DNA of 64,000 bases from Macrostomum lignano (lineage: Eukaryota), in NCBI GenBank assembly GCA_002269645.1, contig NIVC01000013.1:372001-436000 (forward strand), read 5' to 3'. Made by a program: the position numbers and the translations under genes. How positions within the stretch are numbered: the stretch's first letter is position 1; each line of letters starts with the position of its first letter. Shown here one piece after another: positions 1-49,124 of this stretch. Below the pieces are notes generated by a model. That model saw nothing but the letters and a program-made list of their open reading frames with translations, was not told where the DNA came from and ran no database searches.

Positions 1-810
1 TCACTGCTGTCTCACCTCTCTCTTACAGGTATCTCACTGGTGTCTCACTGCTGTCTCTCAGGTGTCTCACTGCTGTCTCTCAGGTGTCTCACTGCTGTCT
101 CTCAGGTGTCTTACTGCTGTCTCTCAGGTGTCTCACTGCTGTCTCTCAGGTGTCTCACTGCTGTCTCTCAGATGTCTCACTGCTGTCTCTCAGGTGTCTC
201 ACTGCTGTCTCACTGCTGTCTCACTGCTGTCTCACCTCTCTCTTACAGGTATCTCACTGGTGTCTCACTGCTGTCTCTCAGGTGTCTCACTGCTGTCTCT
301 CAGGTGTCTCACTGCTGTCTCTCAGGTGTCTCACTGCTGTCTCTCAGGTGTCTCACTGGTGTCTCACTGGTGTCTCACTGGTGTCTCACAGGTATCTCAC
401 TGGTGTCTCACTGGTGTCTCACAGGTGTCTTACAGGTATCTCACTGCTGTCTAACTGGTGTCTTACAGGTATCTCACTGGTGTCTCACTGGTGTCTCACT
501 AGTGTCTCACTGGTGTCTTACTGTTGTCTCACTGCTTTCTAACTGGTGTCTCACAGGTATCTAACTGGTGTCTCACTGGTGTCTCACTGGTGTCTCACTG
601 CTGTCTCACAGGTATCTCACTGGTGTCTCACTGGTGTCTCACTGGTGTCTCACTGGTGTCTCACTGGTGTCTCACTGGTGTCGCACTGGTGTCTTACTGT
701 TGTCTCACCGCTGTCTAACTGGTATCTCACAGGTATCTCACAGGTGTCTTACTGTTGTCTCACTGCTGTCTCACAGGTATCTCACTGGTGTCTCACTGGT
801 ATCTCAATGC
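1..810. repeat. 11/22-bp minisatellite (TGTCTCACTGG / CTGTCTCTCAGGTGTCTCACTG)
   Basis: direct reading; truncated by the window start. Confidence 0.95.
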
Positions 811-1334
811 TGTCTCACTATTGGGTTAATATTATGCCTATTCGCAGCTCAAGTTTTAATTACTTAATGCAAATCGCAAACAGACAGGACCTGCTTAGCT
901 CTTTGTCCTGCTATCTGGAGCATCCAGTCCTGAGGATGCGAGGCGAACTGATCCGATTCGCTCATAAGCCCGACACGTTCAGGCTATAAAATGCTCAGGT
1001 TTCTATTAATTAGGCTAACCAGCTCTCAGATATAGTTTTTTTTCTTGAGCCGTGCGCAGACACTGGGAAATTCGGGGGCTTAAATCCTTCGCTAAGCCGA
1101 GCCGCGAGCTGGTCCCGTTTGTTGCACGCTCTCCAAATCTCAATAGAGATGATGCTTGGAATGGGAGGCCAAGTCACGGGATAATCTGGACGAATACTGT
1201 TCGAAGTATAGTTAAACCCAATTTCATTGCGACGTGCATCAGAACATGCAATAGGCTGTTAGACCTCGGGATGTTAACCCATGCCTGTTTGTTAGGTACG
1301 AAATATAATCTGTTAAACACGTACCTCTTAGACA

Positions 1335-2110
1335 CGGGAATGCTACCTGTTAGACAGTAAATGCTACCTGTTATACAGGGAATGCTACCTGTTAGACACG
1401 GGAATGCTACCTGTTAGACAGGGAATGCTACCTGTTAGACAGTAAATGCTACCTGTTAGACACAGAATGCTACCTGTTAGACAGGGAATGCTACCTGTTA
1501 GACAGGGAATGCTACCTGTTAAACACGGGAATGCTACCTGTTAGACACGGGAATGCTACCTGTTAGACACGGAATGCTTACCTGTTAGACACGGGAATGC
1601 TACCTGTTAGACACGGAATGCTACCTGTTAGACACGGGAATGCTACCTGTTAGACACGGAATGCTTACCTGTTAGACACGGGAATGCTACCTGTTAGACA
1701 CGGAATGCTACCTGTTAGACAGTAAATGCTACCTGTTAGACAGTAAATGCTACCTGTTATACAGGGAATGCTACCTGTTAGACAGGGAATGCTACCTGTT
1801 AGACACGGGAATGCTACCTGTTAGACACGGGAATGCTACCTGTTAGACACGGAATGCTACCTGTTAGACACGGGAATGCTACCTGTTAGACACGGAATGC
1901 TACCTGTTAGACACGGGAATGCTACCTGTTAGACACGGAATGCTACCTGTTAGACACGGGAATGCTACCTGTTAGACACGGAATGCTTACCTGTTAGACA
2001 CGGGAATGCTACCTGTTAGACACGGAATGATTATCTATTAGACACGGAATGATTATCTATTAGACACGGAATGATTATCTATTAGACACGGAATGATTAT
2101 TTATTAGGCA
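1335..2110. repeat. 21-23-bp minisatellite (ATGCTACCTGTTAGACACGGGA)
   Basis: direct reading, ~35 copies. Confidence 0.95.
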
Positions 2111-2589
2111 CCTTGAATGCTACCTGTTAGATACCGGATAATCCGTTAGATAAGAGATGTTTCAAACACCTACAAAATTACCATAAACAGCTTACAGGAA
2201 AGTTGCAGAACTGCTAAAGAAGTGTCCAAGCCGGCTTATCGGAGAACAGCAAAGCGAATGGCCAGCTCAAGCTCAGCTGGATTTTATACGGGTCGCAAAC
2301 AAGCAGCAGGACAAGTTGTTCCACTTTTCGGACAGTCAGTTCACTCTATCCCTATTGGATGCTATCTATCACTAGAGAAGGGAGATGGTAGCCTTCAGAA
2401 AGAAGAGCCTGATGATGGCATCCATTCATTCATCATATTGCAATCGGAGAATATTTTTCTTCGCGCCCCACGCGTCTTCAATCCGCGTGCGGTGAGCAAA
2501 GTGCCGAGAATTGATGGCCTTCTTCTATAATAATAAAGCATGTGTCAGTATGTTTTCTCTAGCAGGTTTTTACTCCACTCTTGCAGACA

Positions 2590-3460
2590 GGAATCATTTC
2601 TGACAGTCCTTCTAGCCAATCAGCGACGAGCTATCGTCATGTGGTGTGAGGTGGGGTGATATATACAGACAGAAATCTATCCTAATAGTTCTTCTAGCCA
2701 ATCAGCGACGAGCTATCGTCTTGTGGTGGAGGTGGGGTGATATATACAGACAGAAATCTATCCTAATAGTTCTTCTAGCCAATCAGCGACGAGCTATCGT
2801 CATGTGAAGTGGGGTAGGTGATAAATACAGACAGAAATCTATCCCAATAGTCCTTCTAGCCAATCAGCGACGAGCTATCGTCATGTGAAGTGGGGTAGGT
2901 GATAAATACAGACAGAAATCTATCCCAATAGTTCTTCTAACCAATCAGCGACGAGCTATCGTCATGTGAAGTGGGGTAGGTGATAAATACAGACAGAAAT
3001 CTATCCTAATAGCCCTTCTAGCCAATCAGCGACGAGCTATCGTCATGTGAAGTGGGGTAGGTGATAAATACAGACAGAAATCTATCCCAATAGTCCTTCT
3101 AGCCAATCAGCGACGAGCTATCGTCATGTGAAGTGGGGTAGGTGATAAATACAGACAGAAATCTATCCCAATAGTTCTTCTAACCAATCAGCGACGAGCT
3201 ATCGTCATGTGAAGTGGGGTAGGTGATAAATACAGACAGAAATCTATCCTAATAGCCCTTCTAGCCAATCAGCGACGAGCTATCGTCATGTGAAGTGGGG
3301 TAGGTGATAAATACAGACAGAAATCTATCCTAATAGCCCTTCTAGCCAATCAGCGACGAGCTATCGTCATGTGAAGTGGGGTAGGTGATAAATACAGACA
3401 GAAATCTATCTCAATAGTCCTTCTAGCCAATCAGCGACGAGCTATCGTCATGTGGAGCGA
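2590..3460. repeat. 81-bp tandem repeat, ~10.5 copies (CTAGCCAATCAGCGACGAGCTATCGTCATG...)
   Basis: AGCCAATCAG recurs at 2614, 2696, 2777, 2858 ... 3425. Confidence 0.95.
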
Positions 3461-4134
3461 GGTTGTTAATAAAGACAGGAATCGTTTTCAATAGTTCTGG
3501 CCAATTAGCAAGGAGCAATAATCTTTTCTTTTTAGGTTAAAAAAATAAAGTAACAAAAGCGAATAGAAATCAAAGTATTTATTAACTGACTAAATCATCT
3601 CTAGGCACAACGTTATACGAGTGCAGAAGCGGACAGGGAGACAAATAGAGCGCGAAGTGAATGATTTTCATAGAGCAAATATATATTTTCAATGAATTGA
3701 ATCGCATTTCTGTTTTGCATCCGCTGTACAGCACGTACAACATATTTTCTTTTCAAGTACAGGTTTTTCGCTATGCACAAAGTATTTACACAAAATTTCA
3801 TACTATCGAATCCCAAAAAATTGCATTATGCCGTTTCAATTGTCGGTTTGTTTGTTGTGCGACTACAATTTTTAGCAAAACGAGTTAAGAATTCTTGAAT
3901 GACACTCGAAGAGAAGCGGACAGGCAGGGGAATAATTCAATTTGTATTGCAGAGGCCGTTTCAAAGTGAAAATACAAAAAGAAACAGCAGAGCGGAAGCG
4001 ACTCGGTCAAAGTCGAAGAGGTCTGCCGTATGAAAATGCAAGCGCGCTAAACTAACTACTTACTGATGCGAGTAGTGCGCCAAGAATTTTGGTCAGTACA
4101 GTTAGGAGGGGGTAATTTTTTACTCGAGTGCCCT

Positions 4135-4435
4135 CATTCTGATCCCGAATATTCACAGACTCTGATGAAACTCTGATATTCGGGACTCTGATCCCGAATA
4201 TTCACAGACTCTGATCCCGAATAGTTCCCAGATTCTGATCCCGAATATTCACAGACTCTGATCCCGAATAGTTCACAGATTCTGATCCCGAATAGTTCAC
4301 AGACTCTGATCCCGAATATTCACAGACTCTGATCCCGAATATTCATAGACTCTGATCCCTAATATTCACAGACTCTGATTCTGAATAGCTCACAGACTCT
4401 TATCCCGAATAATTCACGAAATCTGATCCGAAAAT
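4135..4435. repeat. 23-bp minisatellite (CTCTGATCCCGAATATTCACAGA)
   Basis: direct reading. Confidence 0.9.
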
Positions 4436-5008
4436 TTCCGAATGTCAACTCCCCCTAAGCGATATCCAAAGCATTTTGGGTACTAAAAATAAAACAAGAT
4501 ACTAAGATTAGAAAAGAAAGATATTAGTTATCAAGGTGAACATTGTGATAGCATGAAATTTAAAAAGCAACTACATGTACACAAACAGCCCTGAGAGAGA
4601 AAATCCAATTAGGCGAGTTTCGGTGGAGATAATTTGACGACAAAAAACGATTTTTATGCAACTAAGAGACAAATGTAAAATAAACTAATAAGAACTACTA
4701 AAAGTAGTTTAACTGGAGACGGTTCTAAAACAAAAAAGTTTTTATACACTAATTGCTGACATATAAAGATAATAAGATGTCTGTATGCATTACTTTAAGT
4801 AGAAATTTGCATCAATATTTGTTGATCTATCAATCAGGTAGCTTAGTAAAAATACAGCTTTAACCAACTTGAGGCTTGAATGGCGGCGGCTGAGCTAGGG
4901 GGGATTCCCCGATGCTATTTTTAGACACGCCAGGGTTAGAGGTTTTTGGCACTGGGAGTTGAGGGCTATCACAAAGTTGGGATTGTGAGCAAAATTTGTC
5001 CGAAAGCT

Positions 5009-39969
<34,961 letters not shown>

Positions 39970-40534
39970 CACCGCTTGAAAGAACTACAAGGCAAAAACA
40001 GACTGCAAATCAAAAATTCACTTCAGTCCAGATTCAGAATTGTCCGCGCGGCGCCGACTCCGTCTTTCTGTTAGAGTTAGATGATGATAGACAGCAGAGT
40101 TTCCAGCCCGCTGTCGTTGTCATTTGATTGTGCCGCGTGCAGAGCAGCTTCCGATGTTGCTGTTGTGTAGCTGCCTGCCTGAGCTGACTTGAGAGGAATT
40201 GAGAGGATGGCGAGAGAATGGAGGCTGCTTATAGTCTCGCAGTGGGCGGCTGTTGCGTGATGGCGATGATTGGGTTGGGACTTGCTTCTCCTCTATTCCA
40301 AGTTTCTTCTTTTTTAAAGTATAGGTGCTTTAAAATTTGAATGGACGCGGACGGTTCTTGGAAAAGTTTATAACTATCGTCACTCACTCGTCTCCTTTTT
40401 TCTCTTGTCTCTTCAACTGTCGCTCGCCAGCAGCGGCCAACAAAATTAAAGGGAAGAAAGGTCCACCCACCCCCTGGAGGAGGCGCCCCACTTCTATGCT
40501 AATGTGAATTGGTGGGGTGCTGTGCTGGAATGAG

Positions 40535-40600
40535 TAACCTCGCCCTACCATTGGCTGACGCCCAATTTACTGGCGGGCCAATCCAGAGTCAGGGCGTGTT
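40535..40600. promoter_or_regulatory. candidate proximal promoter of the anosmin-like gene (CCAAT boxes and GC box)
   Basis: ATTGG, two CCAAT, GGCGGG and TGACG lie within ~50 bp, about 600 bp upstream of the ATG. Motif-only evidence. Confidence 0.3.
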
Positions 40601-42334
40601 GGACTGGAGAAAATTCTCTCACCTCCTTCACCCCAACCCCCCTTTTGCCATACTGGTGGCGAACACCCCTCCCGCGGCGCGTGAGATTTTGCGCTTCCTT
40701 TCAGACTGTCCTCCTCGTCTGGTCCTCCTCCCACCCCAAACCCCTCCAGCCACTAATAAACTTTTCTACCAGCTCTTCATCCACATTCTCCGCAGTCCAC
40801 CGCACAGCATGGCACACAGAGATGGGGCGCCACCGCCGCCACGCCAACCCTGCCCTGTGTCTGGTCCAATTTCTAACGCGCGAACGAACGACACAACACG
40901 CAACACATCCGACAAAAGCCTCTTGTATGAAAGCTTACACTCGGATATTACAAATAACAAAACAGGCTTTCTTACCGCGTATCGCCTGGACCTCTTACTA
41001 CTATTATGATAACAACACACGCGCGCTTAAAACGCTTAAAACATTTCACTCTAGCTCTAACCCCCCCCCCCCACTCAGACCGTCAGCCGCCCCGCCACTT
41101 CAGAGGCGCCCTTTTTATCATTATTTCTTCGGCGAGACGTTCTACAAGACAACATAAAAAACACCCCGAGTCGGTCTTCTCTCTTTCTATGATGGAATTC
41201 AGCTCTACGCTTGGCAACAACTTGGGTTTTTAGCTTCGGCTTTGGGGTTGGTGGGCTGACAATTTCGGCGCGTCATTTGATCGTCGGCCAAAAGAATGAC
41301 GGCGAAGCTTTATTATAGAGAAAGAGTAAGCCATTTACGAACCACTACTGGAGTGCGGTGGCGACTATAGCTCGTAGGGTGAAAAAAACTAACACATAAC
41401 AGTCCGCATTAGGCGTGTTATTAAGCTAAAAGTTTAAGCAATAAGAAAAATACCCCGTTTGAGCCATGCTTTAATTTTCAAGCATTCTCCACCATGTGTA
41501 TAGCTTACTTAACAAGCATTGCAGCTAGCGGGCCTCTAAAAATAAAGAGCATGACAAGTTTATTTAGTTCGTTTTTACCAGCTTTGTATATAAGAGCTAA
41601 AAAGAACACTTCTGGATTAGGCCTGCGAAATAAATATGTATTGTACAATGTATAGGGGAATTATGTCATTTTTATGTATATAGCATGCATCATAAAATAG
41701 AAGGGTCTTGTCCAACAATCGTGTCGCCAGGCATACAGAAGGCAATAGGCAGAATGTATTAAAACTTGTTTAGAAATGCAGCGCATGCAGCGGAGAAAGA
41801 GAAGCAATGAGGCACTCTTTCGATTTCCAGTTTTCTAGTTTGCTTATAATTCGTATATGCGCAGCATAAGGAAACCGAATCACACAAGCATTACTTTACT
41901 TTCTTCCCAATGCGCAAGCAAAAAGACCAACTATCTAATGTCATAGAACGTGGAAGATGTCACTGCTACAACATGGTCTGTTGTCCTGTATTTCTTGCCG
42001 AGCCCTATAGCCAGTGTATCAAATATGGCATGCAGCAGCTTTAGAATTGATGTCGTGCAGTCCTAACTTCGCTGAAGGGCCTATGAGACCATGATGATAA
42101 TCCAATTTTATTGTACAGACAGACACACAAAGACACTATTAATGCTAAGCATCTGCATGTGTGGGATATCCTAACCCACTGAAGCGATTGACTTCACGAG
42201 AGGAGGTGGACAGTATTACCGGTAACACCCACCCACGCACGCAAAAATACTGCACTCTGTCAATAAATTCCCATGCTTAACAACTTTTTTAGAACAAACC
42301 ATTAGCTAAGAAGCGAATTAGAAGTCTCTAAGTG

Positions 42335-43028
42335 TGCTAGAAGGAGACTCTCATGGGGTGCTAGAAGGAGACTCTCATGGGGTGCTAGAAGGAGACTCTC
42401 AAAGGGTGCTAGAAGGAGACTCTCATGGAGTGCTAGAAGGAGACTCTCATGGGGTGCTAGAAGGAGACTCTCATGGGGTGCTAGAAGGAGACTCTCATGG
42501 GGTGCTAGAAGGAGACTCTCATGGGGTGCTAGAAGGAGACTCTCATGGGGTGCTAGAAGGAGACTCTCATGGGGTGCTAGAAGGAGACTCTCATGGGGTG
42601 CTAGAAGGAGACTCTCATGGGGTGCTAGAAGGAGACTCTCATGGAGTGCTAGAAGGAGACTCTCATGGGGTGCTAGAAGGAGACTCTCATGGAGTGCTAG
42701 AAGGAGACTCTCATGGGGTGCTAGAAGGAGACTCTCATGGGGTGCTAGAAGGAGACTCTCATGGGGTGCTAGAAGGAGACTCTCATGGGGTGCTAGAAGG
42801 AGACTCTCATGGGGTGCTAGAAGGAGACTCTCATGGGGTGCTAGAAGGAGACTCTCATGGGGTGCTAGAAGGAGACTCTCATGGGGTGCTAGAAGGAGAC
42901 TCTCATGGAGTGCTAGAAGGAGACTCTCATGCAGTGCTAGAAGGAGACTCTCATGGGGTGCTAGAAGGAGACTCTCATGCAGTGCTAGAAGGAGACTCTC
43001 ATGGAGTGCTAGATGGAGACTCTCATGC
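42335..43028. repeat. 24-bp minisatellite (GCTAGAAGGAGACTCTCATGGGGT), ~29 copies
   Basis: direct reading. Confidence 0.97.
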
Positions 43029-43499
43029 CCCTCGACCACTGTATTTTATGATCTTTATGAGTCGCAATTGCGCACATTGAGTATAAAATTGAGCGTTTTT
43101 TGCGTCCAGATTAGGTTTTATGATGGGTTAATATTTTTGTGCCACGCGTAAATCTGTGGGTCATAAAGGTTTGGTTGAGAAAAATTAATGACTTTGGACC
43201 TAAAACCTGAGTCGATCCCAGCAATTAGCTAACAGTAATTGCAGAAACCATTTTCTCACCTACAAATTTTGCACCAACATTAACCCTGTATGGAGTCTGG
43301 ACTTGAATTTCGTGTGAAAGTTAATTTACCAGTGACTACACAAAAATATGGTTTTACAATGCATGTACCTGGCATGACCGTGTAAATTAAATCTGCCACA
43401 CGGCCTTTAATTATTTACCTCGCATTTCACATCTTCCTAAATTTCGAATTGAAATTCTTCAAGGCTTGAGTTGAGATTAGGATTGAGTCCTCAATAAAT

Positions 43500-44885
43500 T
43501 CAGGATCAAATCCTCCAGAACTTCAGGATCGAATCCTCCAGAACTTCAGGTTCGAATCCTCCAGAGCTTCAGTATCGAATCATCCAGAACTTCAGGATCG
43601 AATCCTCCAGAACTTCAGGATCGAATCCTCCAGAACTTCAGGATCGAATCCTCCAGAACTTCAGGATCGAATCCTCCAAACCTTCAGGATCAAATCCTCC
43701 AAACCTTCAGGATCAAATCCTCCAAAACTTCAGGATCGAATCCTCCAGAACTTCAGGATCAAATCCTCCAAACCTTCAGGATTAAATCCTCTTAACCTTC
43801 AGGATCAAATCCTCTAAACCTTCAGGATCAAATCCTCTTAACCTTCAGGATCAAATCCTCTAAAACTTCAGGATCAAATCCTCTAAACCTTCAGGATCAA
43901 ATCCTCTAAAACTTCAGGATCAAATCCTCTAAACCTTCAGGATCAAATCCTCTAAACCTGCAGGATCAAATCCTCTAAAACTTCAGGATCAAATCCTCTA
44001 AAACTTCAGGATCAAATCCTCCAAACCTTCAGGATCAAATCCTCCAAACCTTCAGGATCGAATTCCCCACACCTTCAGGATCAAATCCTCCAAAACTTCA
44101 GGATCAAATCCTCCAAACCTTCAGGATCAAATCCTCTAAAACTTCAGGATCAAATCCTCCAAACCTTCAGGATCAAATCCTCCAAACCTTCAGGATCAAA
44201 TCGTCCAAACCTTCAGGATCAAACCCTCTAAACCTTCAGGATCAAATCCTCTAAAACGTCTGGATCAAATCCTCCAAACCTTCAGGATCAAATCGTCCAA
44301 ACCTTCAGGATCAAACCCTCCAAACCTTTAGATCAAATCCTCCAAACCTTCAGGATCAAATCCTCCAAACCTTCAGGATCAAATCCTCCAAACCTTCAGG
44401 ATCAAATCCTCCAAACCTTCAGGATCAAATCCTCCAAACCTTCAGGATCAAATCCTCCAAACCTTCAGGATCAAATCCTCCAAACCTTCAGGATCAAATC
44501 CTCCAAACCTTCAGGATCAAATCCTCCAAACCTTCAGGATCAAATCCTCCAAACCTTCAGGATCGAATCCTCCAAACCTTCAGGATCGAATCCTCCAAAC
44601 CTTTAGATCAAATCCTCCAAACCTTCAGGATCAAATCCTCCAAACCTTTAGATCAAATCCTCCAGAACTTCAGGATCGAATCCTCCAGAACTTCAGGATC
44701 GAATCCTCAAGAACTTCAGGATCGAATCCTCCAGAACTTCAGGATCGAATCCTCCAAACCTTCAGGATCGAATCCTCCAGAACCTGAGGATCGAATCCTC
44801 CAGAACTTCAGGATCGAATCCTCCAGAACTTCAGGTTCGAATCCTCCAGAACTTCAGAGAACTTCAGAGAAGTTCTGAACTTCAG
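43500..44885. repeat. 21-22-bp minisatellite (CTTCAGGATCRAATCCTCCARAM), ~63 copies
   Basis: direct reading; edge units are GATCGAAT/AGAAC, central units GATCAAAT/AAAC. Confidence 0.97.
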
Positions 44886-45679
44886 AGAAATAAATCGTTT
44901 TCTTGTACATTTGCCCGCACTTATCCGAACAAACCAGGTGCACTTAAGTAGTAATGAGTCATAAATTGGCCCTAAATAGCGGACTCCCGTGTGTATGCTA
45001 AGCAGGCGCTGGTGGAGCCTATATAGCGTCTGCTTTCCTTCTTGAAGCAAAAGAATTTAATAGCCAAAGGCAAGTCGAGATGAACGGAGTTAAGCTGCAC
45101 ATGGCGCTATTGAAGTGTGAAACGGAGACTCCCTCTCTAGACAATGCAAATACTGCCATATGCATAATCCTTCTGTGCTATTTTGTCTTACAATAGGGTT
45201 GGCCCCTATAAATAATACGCTTTGTTGTGAAGGCTCAAGCGTCAACAGATTGTGCCAAGTCCGTTCTTCTTCTCTATCGCGCGCACAATTGCTCGGATTT
45301 TAGTTGCTAAGGCCAGGTGTGCCTTTTGAGAGGAGTGGTACAATTTTATATTTAACAGACGACTTAAGTCTATAAGCAATGCTGGCACTGTGCGAGCACA
45401 ATTGCTGTGTCAGCTCAACTGAGTTTTTGAGTCTAGAATTTGAGCCCTTTATGACTCCTATTATATGCGTCTGTAAAGTAATACCCATTCTTGGCAACTA
45501 GAACTGTTGAATTAGCGTCTAGAATACAGGTATAAGCTGTCGTTATTAATACAGGTGTGTCTGTTTAACTGCCTGACTGACAGGCTTACATGTAAAGCAT
45601 TCGTGCTTGCTTGGAGCGAAGGTCTGTACGTGCAAATGAAATAATGATGCAGCGATTGCAGAAAATAACAAGATGAAGA

Positions 45680-45930
45680 AAAGGGGGAGGGAGGCTGAGA
45701 GGGAGAGAGTGAGAGGGAGACAGCAGTAGGGTTAAGAATGAGAGGGAGAGAGGGAGAGGGTGAGAAGGAGAGAGGGTGAGAGTGCGAGAGAAAGAAATAG
45801 CGAGAGGAGAGGGAGAGAGTGGGAGAGAGGGAGAGGGTGAGAGGGTGAGGGGGGAGAGGAAGAAAGGGAGAGGGGGGAGAAGGAGAGTGCGAGGGAGATA
45901 GGGAGGGAGGCAGAGAGTGAGAGGGAGAGT
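45680..45930. repeat. GA-rich low-complexity tract
   Basis: direct reading. Confidence 0.8.
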
Positions 45931-46467
45931 TTAGACGGTAAAATATTCAAGCAGTACGAGAATGGAGCCAAAAAGGCAGAAAAGTAATAAATTAGCGTAC
46001 GAACGCAGAGGAAACGTAAGAAAATTTCCAAGAATAACACAGAGAAAGACTTGGTAACGAAATATCAATATCAAGAGGATAAGATATATGAGAGTTAAAA
46101 TATTGCATGAAACAATGTCCATGTTTTAAAGCTAAAGAAATCTGAAATTTTCTCATTTCTAAAATCCCTCTAAAGAGAGCTGAGATTAAAATGTCTGCAA
46201 CCATCTGCTTCAGAGTTTTTTAGCGGCGTTACTCTTGTCCCGTGTAGCACAAAAAAGCATTTCTTTACTGGTCTTTGTATTGGAAAATTCCGAAATTCAT
46301 TTCATTCTCCATTCCCATAATCCGATTCGCTTTGAGGCAACGAGGAAACAAAGACTGCTGAAGGATTATGCGAATTATATATGGTAAATTAGGTGGAAAT
46401 TATTTTACATGGAAGTTATGTGCAAGAATGTTGAGAATTTACAATTGATACAACTGAATGTTGATAC

Positions 46468-47090
46468 CAGGGTGAGACAAGGGTGAGAGGGAGATAGGGG
46501 TGAGAGTGAGACAGGGGTGAAAGTGAGATAGGGGTGAGAGGGAGATAGGGGTGAAAGTGAGATAGGGGTGAAGAGGAGAAAGGGGTGAGAGGGAGATAGG
46601 GGTGAGAGGGAGATAGGGGTGAGAAGGTGATAGGGGTGAGAGGGAGACAAGGATGAGAGGGAGATAGGGGTGAGAGGGAGAAAGGGGTGAGAGGGAGATA
46701 GGGGTGAGAAGGTGATAGGGGTGAGAGGGAGACAAGGATGAGAGGGAGATAGAAGTGAGAGGGAGAAAGGGGTGAGAGGGAGATATGGGTGAGAGCGAGA
46801 TAGGGGTGAGAGGGAGATAGGGGTGAGAGGGAGATAGGGGTGAGAGGGAGATAGGGGTGAGAGCGAGATAGGGGTGAGAGGGAGATAGGGGTGAGAGGGA
46901 GATAGGGGTGAGAGGGAGATAGGGGTGAGAAGGTGATAGGGGTGAGAGGGAGATAGGGGTGAGAGGGAGATAGGGGTGAGAGGGAGATAGGGGTGAGAGG
47001 GAGATAGGGGTGAGAGGGAGATAGGGGTGAGAAGGTGATAGGGGTGAGAGGGAGATAGGGGTGAGAGGGAGATAGGGGTGAGAGGAATAT
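46468..47090. repeat. 17-bp minisatellite (GGGAGATAGGGGTGAGA)
   Basis: direct reading; same unit as the array hosting the retrotransposon. Confidence 0.95.
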
Positions 47091-47629
47091 AAGTCACTTG
47101 AATTTAACAAATCCAGTTCTATATTCCAAACAGTCCGGATGTGCGCACCAAAATCTGGTAAGACTCTCAGAAATTCTATTGAAGTAGCCAACCTGAACTT
47201 GGTTAAGCATTAGTCCCAACCATTTGGATTAGTATTAAGAAGATTTTCTTAAAATTGGAGCAATCAGTGTAAATAATTAATGAGCATTAGCTTTTGCATC
47301 ATGGAGATAGTTTCGAAATCGAAATTTGAATTCAAAGACCTTGGAAAACTCTCTCGATCCCTTTCTCTGAAGTTTGTGCGGCAGCAACTGCGGAAACTTC
47401 ATAAAAATTCAAGAAACAGACAGTAATTTATTGCTTGACCATGACCTACTCTTGCATTTGACGCAGAAACAGGACACTGCGACATTAATGCTTTCCTACT
47501 TTTTCGAAAAAATTACATTGGTCTGCAGTGCGTGTAGGAAAAATTTCATTAAAAACATACATGCGCAAACCACAACACGCACACTACACGTACACTCCGT
47601 ACATAGTATCATGGATTGCTAATATATAT

Positions 47630-47985
47630 GCTCAGACCCTACTCTGCTCAGACCCTAAGCTACTCAGACCTTCAGCTACTCAGATCCTAAACTGCTCATA
47701 ACCTAAGCTACTCAGACCCTAAGCTATTCAGACCGTAAGCTACTCAGACCCTAAGCTACCCAGACTCTAAGCTACTCAGACCCTAGGCTACTCAGACCCT
47801 AAGCTACTCAGACCCTAGGCTACTCAGACCCTAAGCTACTCAGACCCTAGGCTACTCAGACCCTAAGCTACTCAGACCCTAGGCTACTCAGACCCTAAGC
47901 TACTCAGACCCTAAGCTACTCAGACCCTAAGCTACTCAGACCCGAAGCTACTCAGACCCTTACCCTACTTAGACCCAAACTACTA
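47630..47985. repeat. 16-bp minisatellite (CTAAGCTACTCAGACC)
   Basis: direct reading. Confidence 0.93.
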
Positions 47986-49124
47986 ATACCCTTCATCTCT
48001 CTGGCTGAAAAAATCCTGGAGAACATTGCCAACAAACCCTCACCGAAACTCCATATTCTAGGCCTAGAAATTCACTCATGAACTGCGCAGCTCACTGCCC
48101 ACTCTTCACTAGCTGGTCTTGTTAATCGCAAAAATAATTTTTCCGCCAATGAAAAATCATATTGTCAAGAAATCAGTACAATTAATTTCTAGGATTGAAT
48201 ATAAATTAGATGATCAAATTAGCGACGCCATCTGTCCTAGATTTCCGGACAGTAGAAATTCAATTGCAATTGATAATCATATTTGTAAACGCGTGTGATT
48301 TCGTCTCCCTTTGATGTTGAGCCGGTAGTAAATAAATTTGCGTTCATCTTGTTCGCGAGCACACTGTGGACTGCGCTGTGAGCACGAACATGCGGTCGTG
48401 TGACTCAGCCAGTCAGCATAACAAGATTGAGATTGTGGAAAATTGACACTAAGTACACATTGGCACTACACATGTAATAAGCCTGTGTAGTGTAGCCAGA
48501 CAAGTCAAGGGAAAACTGACTCAGATTGACGCGGCACTCGGTGCACACTGGGGTCTGTCACATCTGTCAGTGTTTGCGCGAATTTGAGGCTGCGGTGTCA
48601 TCGGCGGCTGGCTTCTGTTCCCTATTCCCACCCCCACTGGCTGTTTGACAGCTTTAGAGCTAAGATTTGTGGGAGCATAAGGTGACAAATGACCGAGTGA
48701 TAGATGACAGGTGTAACGGAGACATAAGTCTGAGAGAGATATGGGTATAGCTCGTAAATATATGAGTGAGAAAGAGATACGGGTGAGAGGGAGATAGAGG
48801 TGAGAGGGAGATAGGGGTGAGAGGGAGATAGAGGTGAGAGGGAGATAGGGGTGAGAGGGAGATAGAGGTGAGAGGGAGATAGGGGTGAGAGGGGAGATAG
48901 GGGTGAGACGGAGATAGGAGTGAGAGGGTGATAGGGGTAAGAGGGAGATGAGAGGGAGATAGGGGTGAGAGGGAGATGGAGGTGAGAGGGAGATAGGGGT
49001 GAGAGGGGAGATAGGGGTGAGACGGAGATGAGAGGGTGATAGGGGTAAGAGGGAGATAGGGGTGAGAGGGAGATAGGGGTAAGAGGGAGATAGGGGTGAG
49101 AAGGAGATAGGGGTGTGAGGGAGA

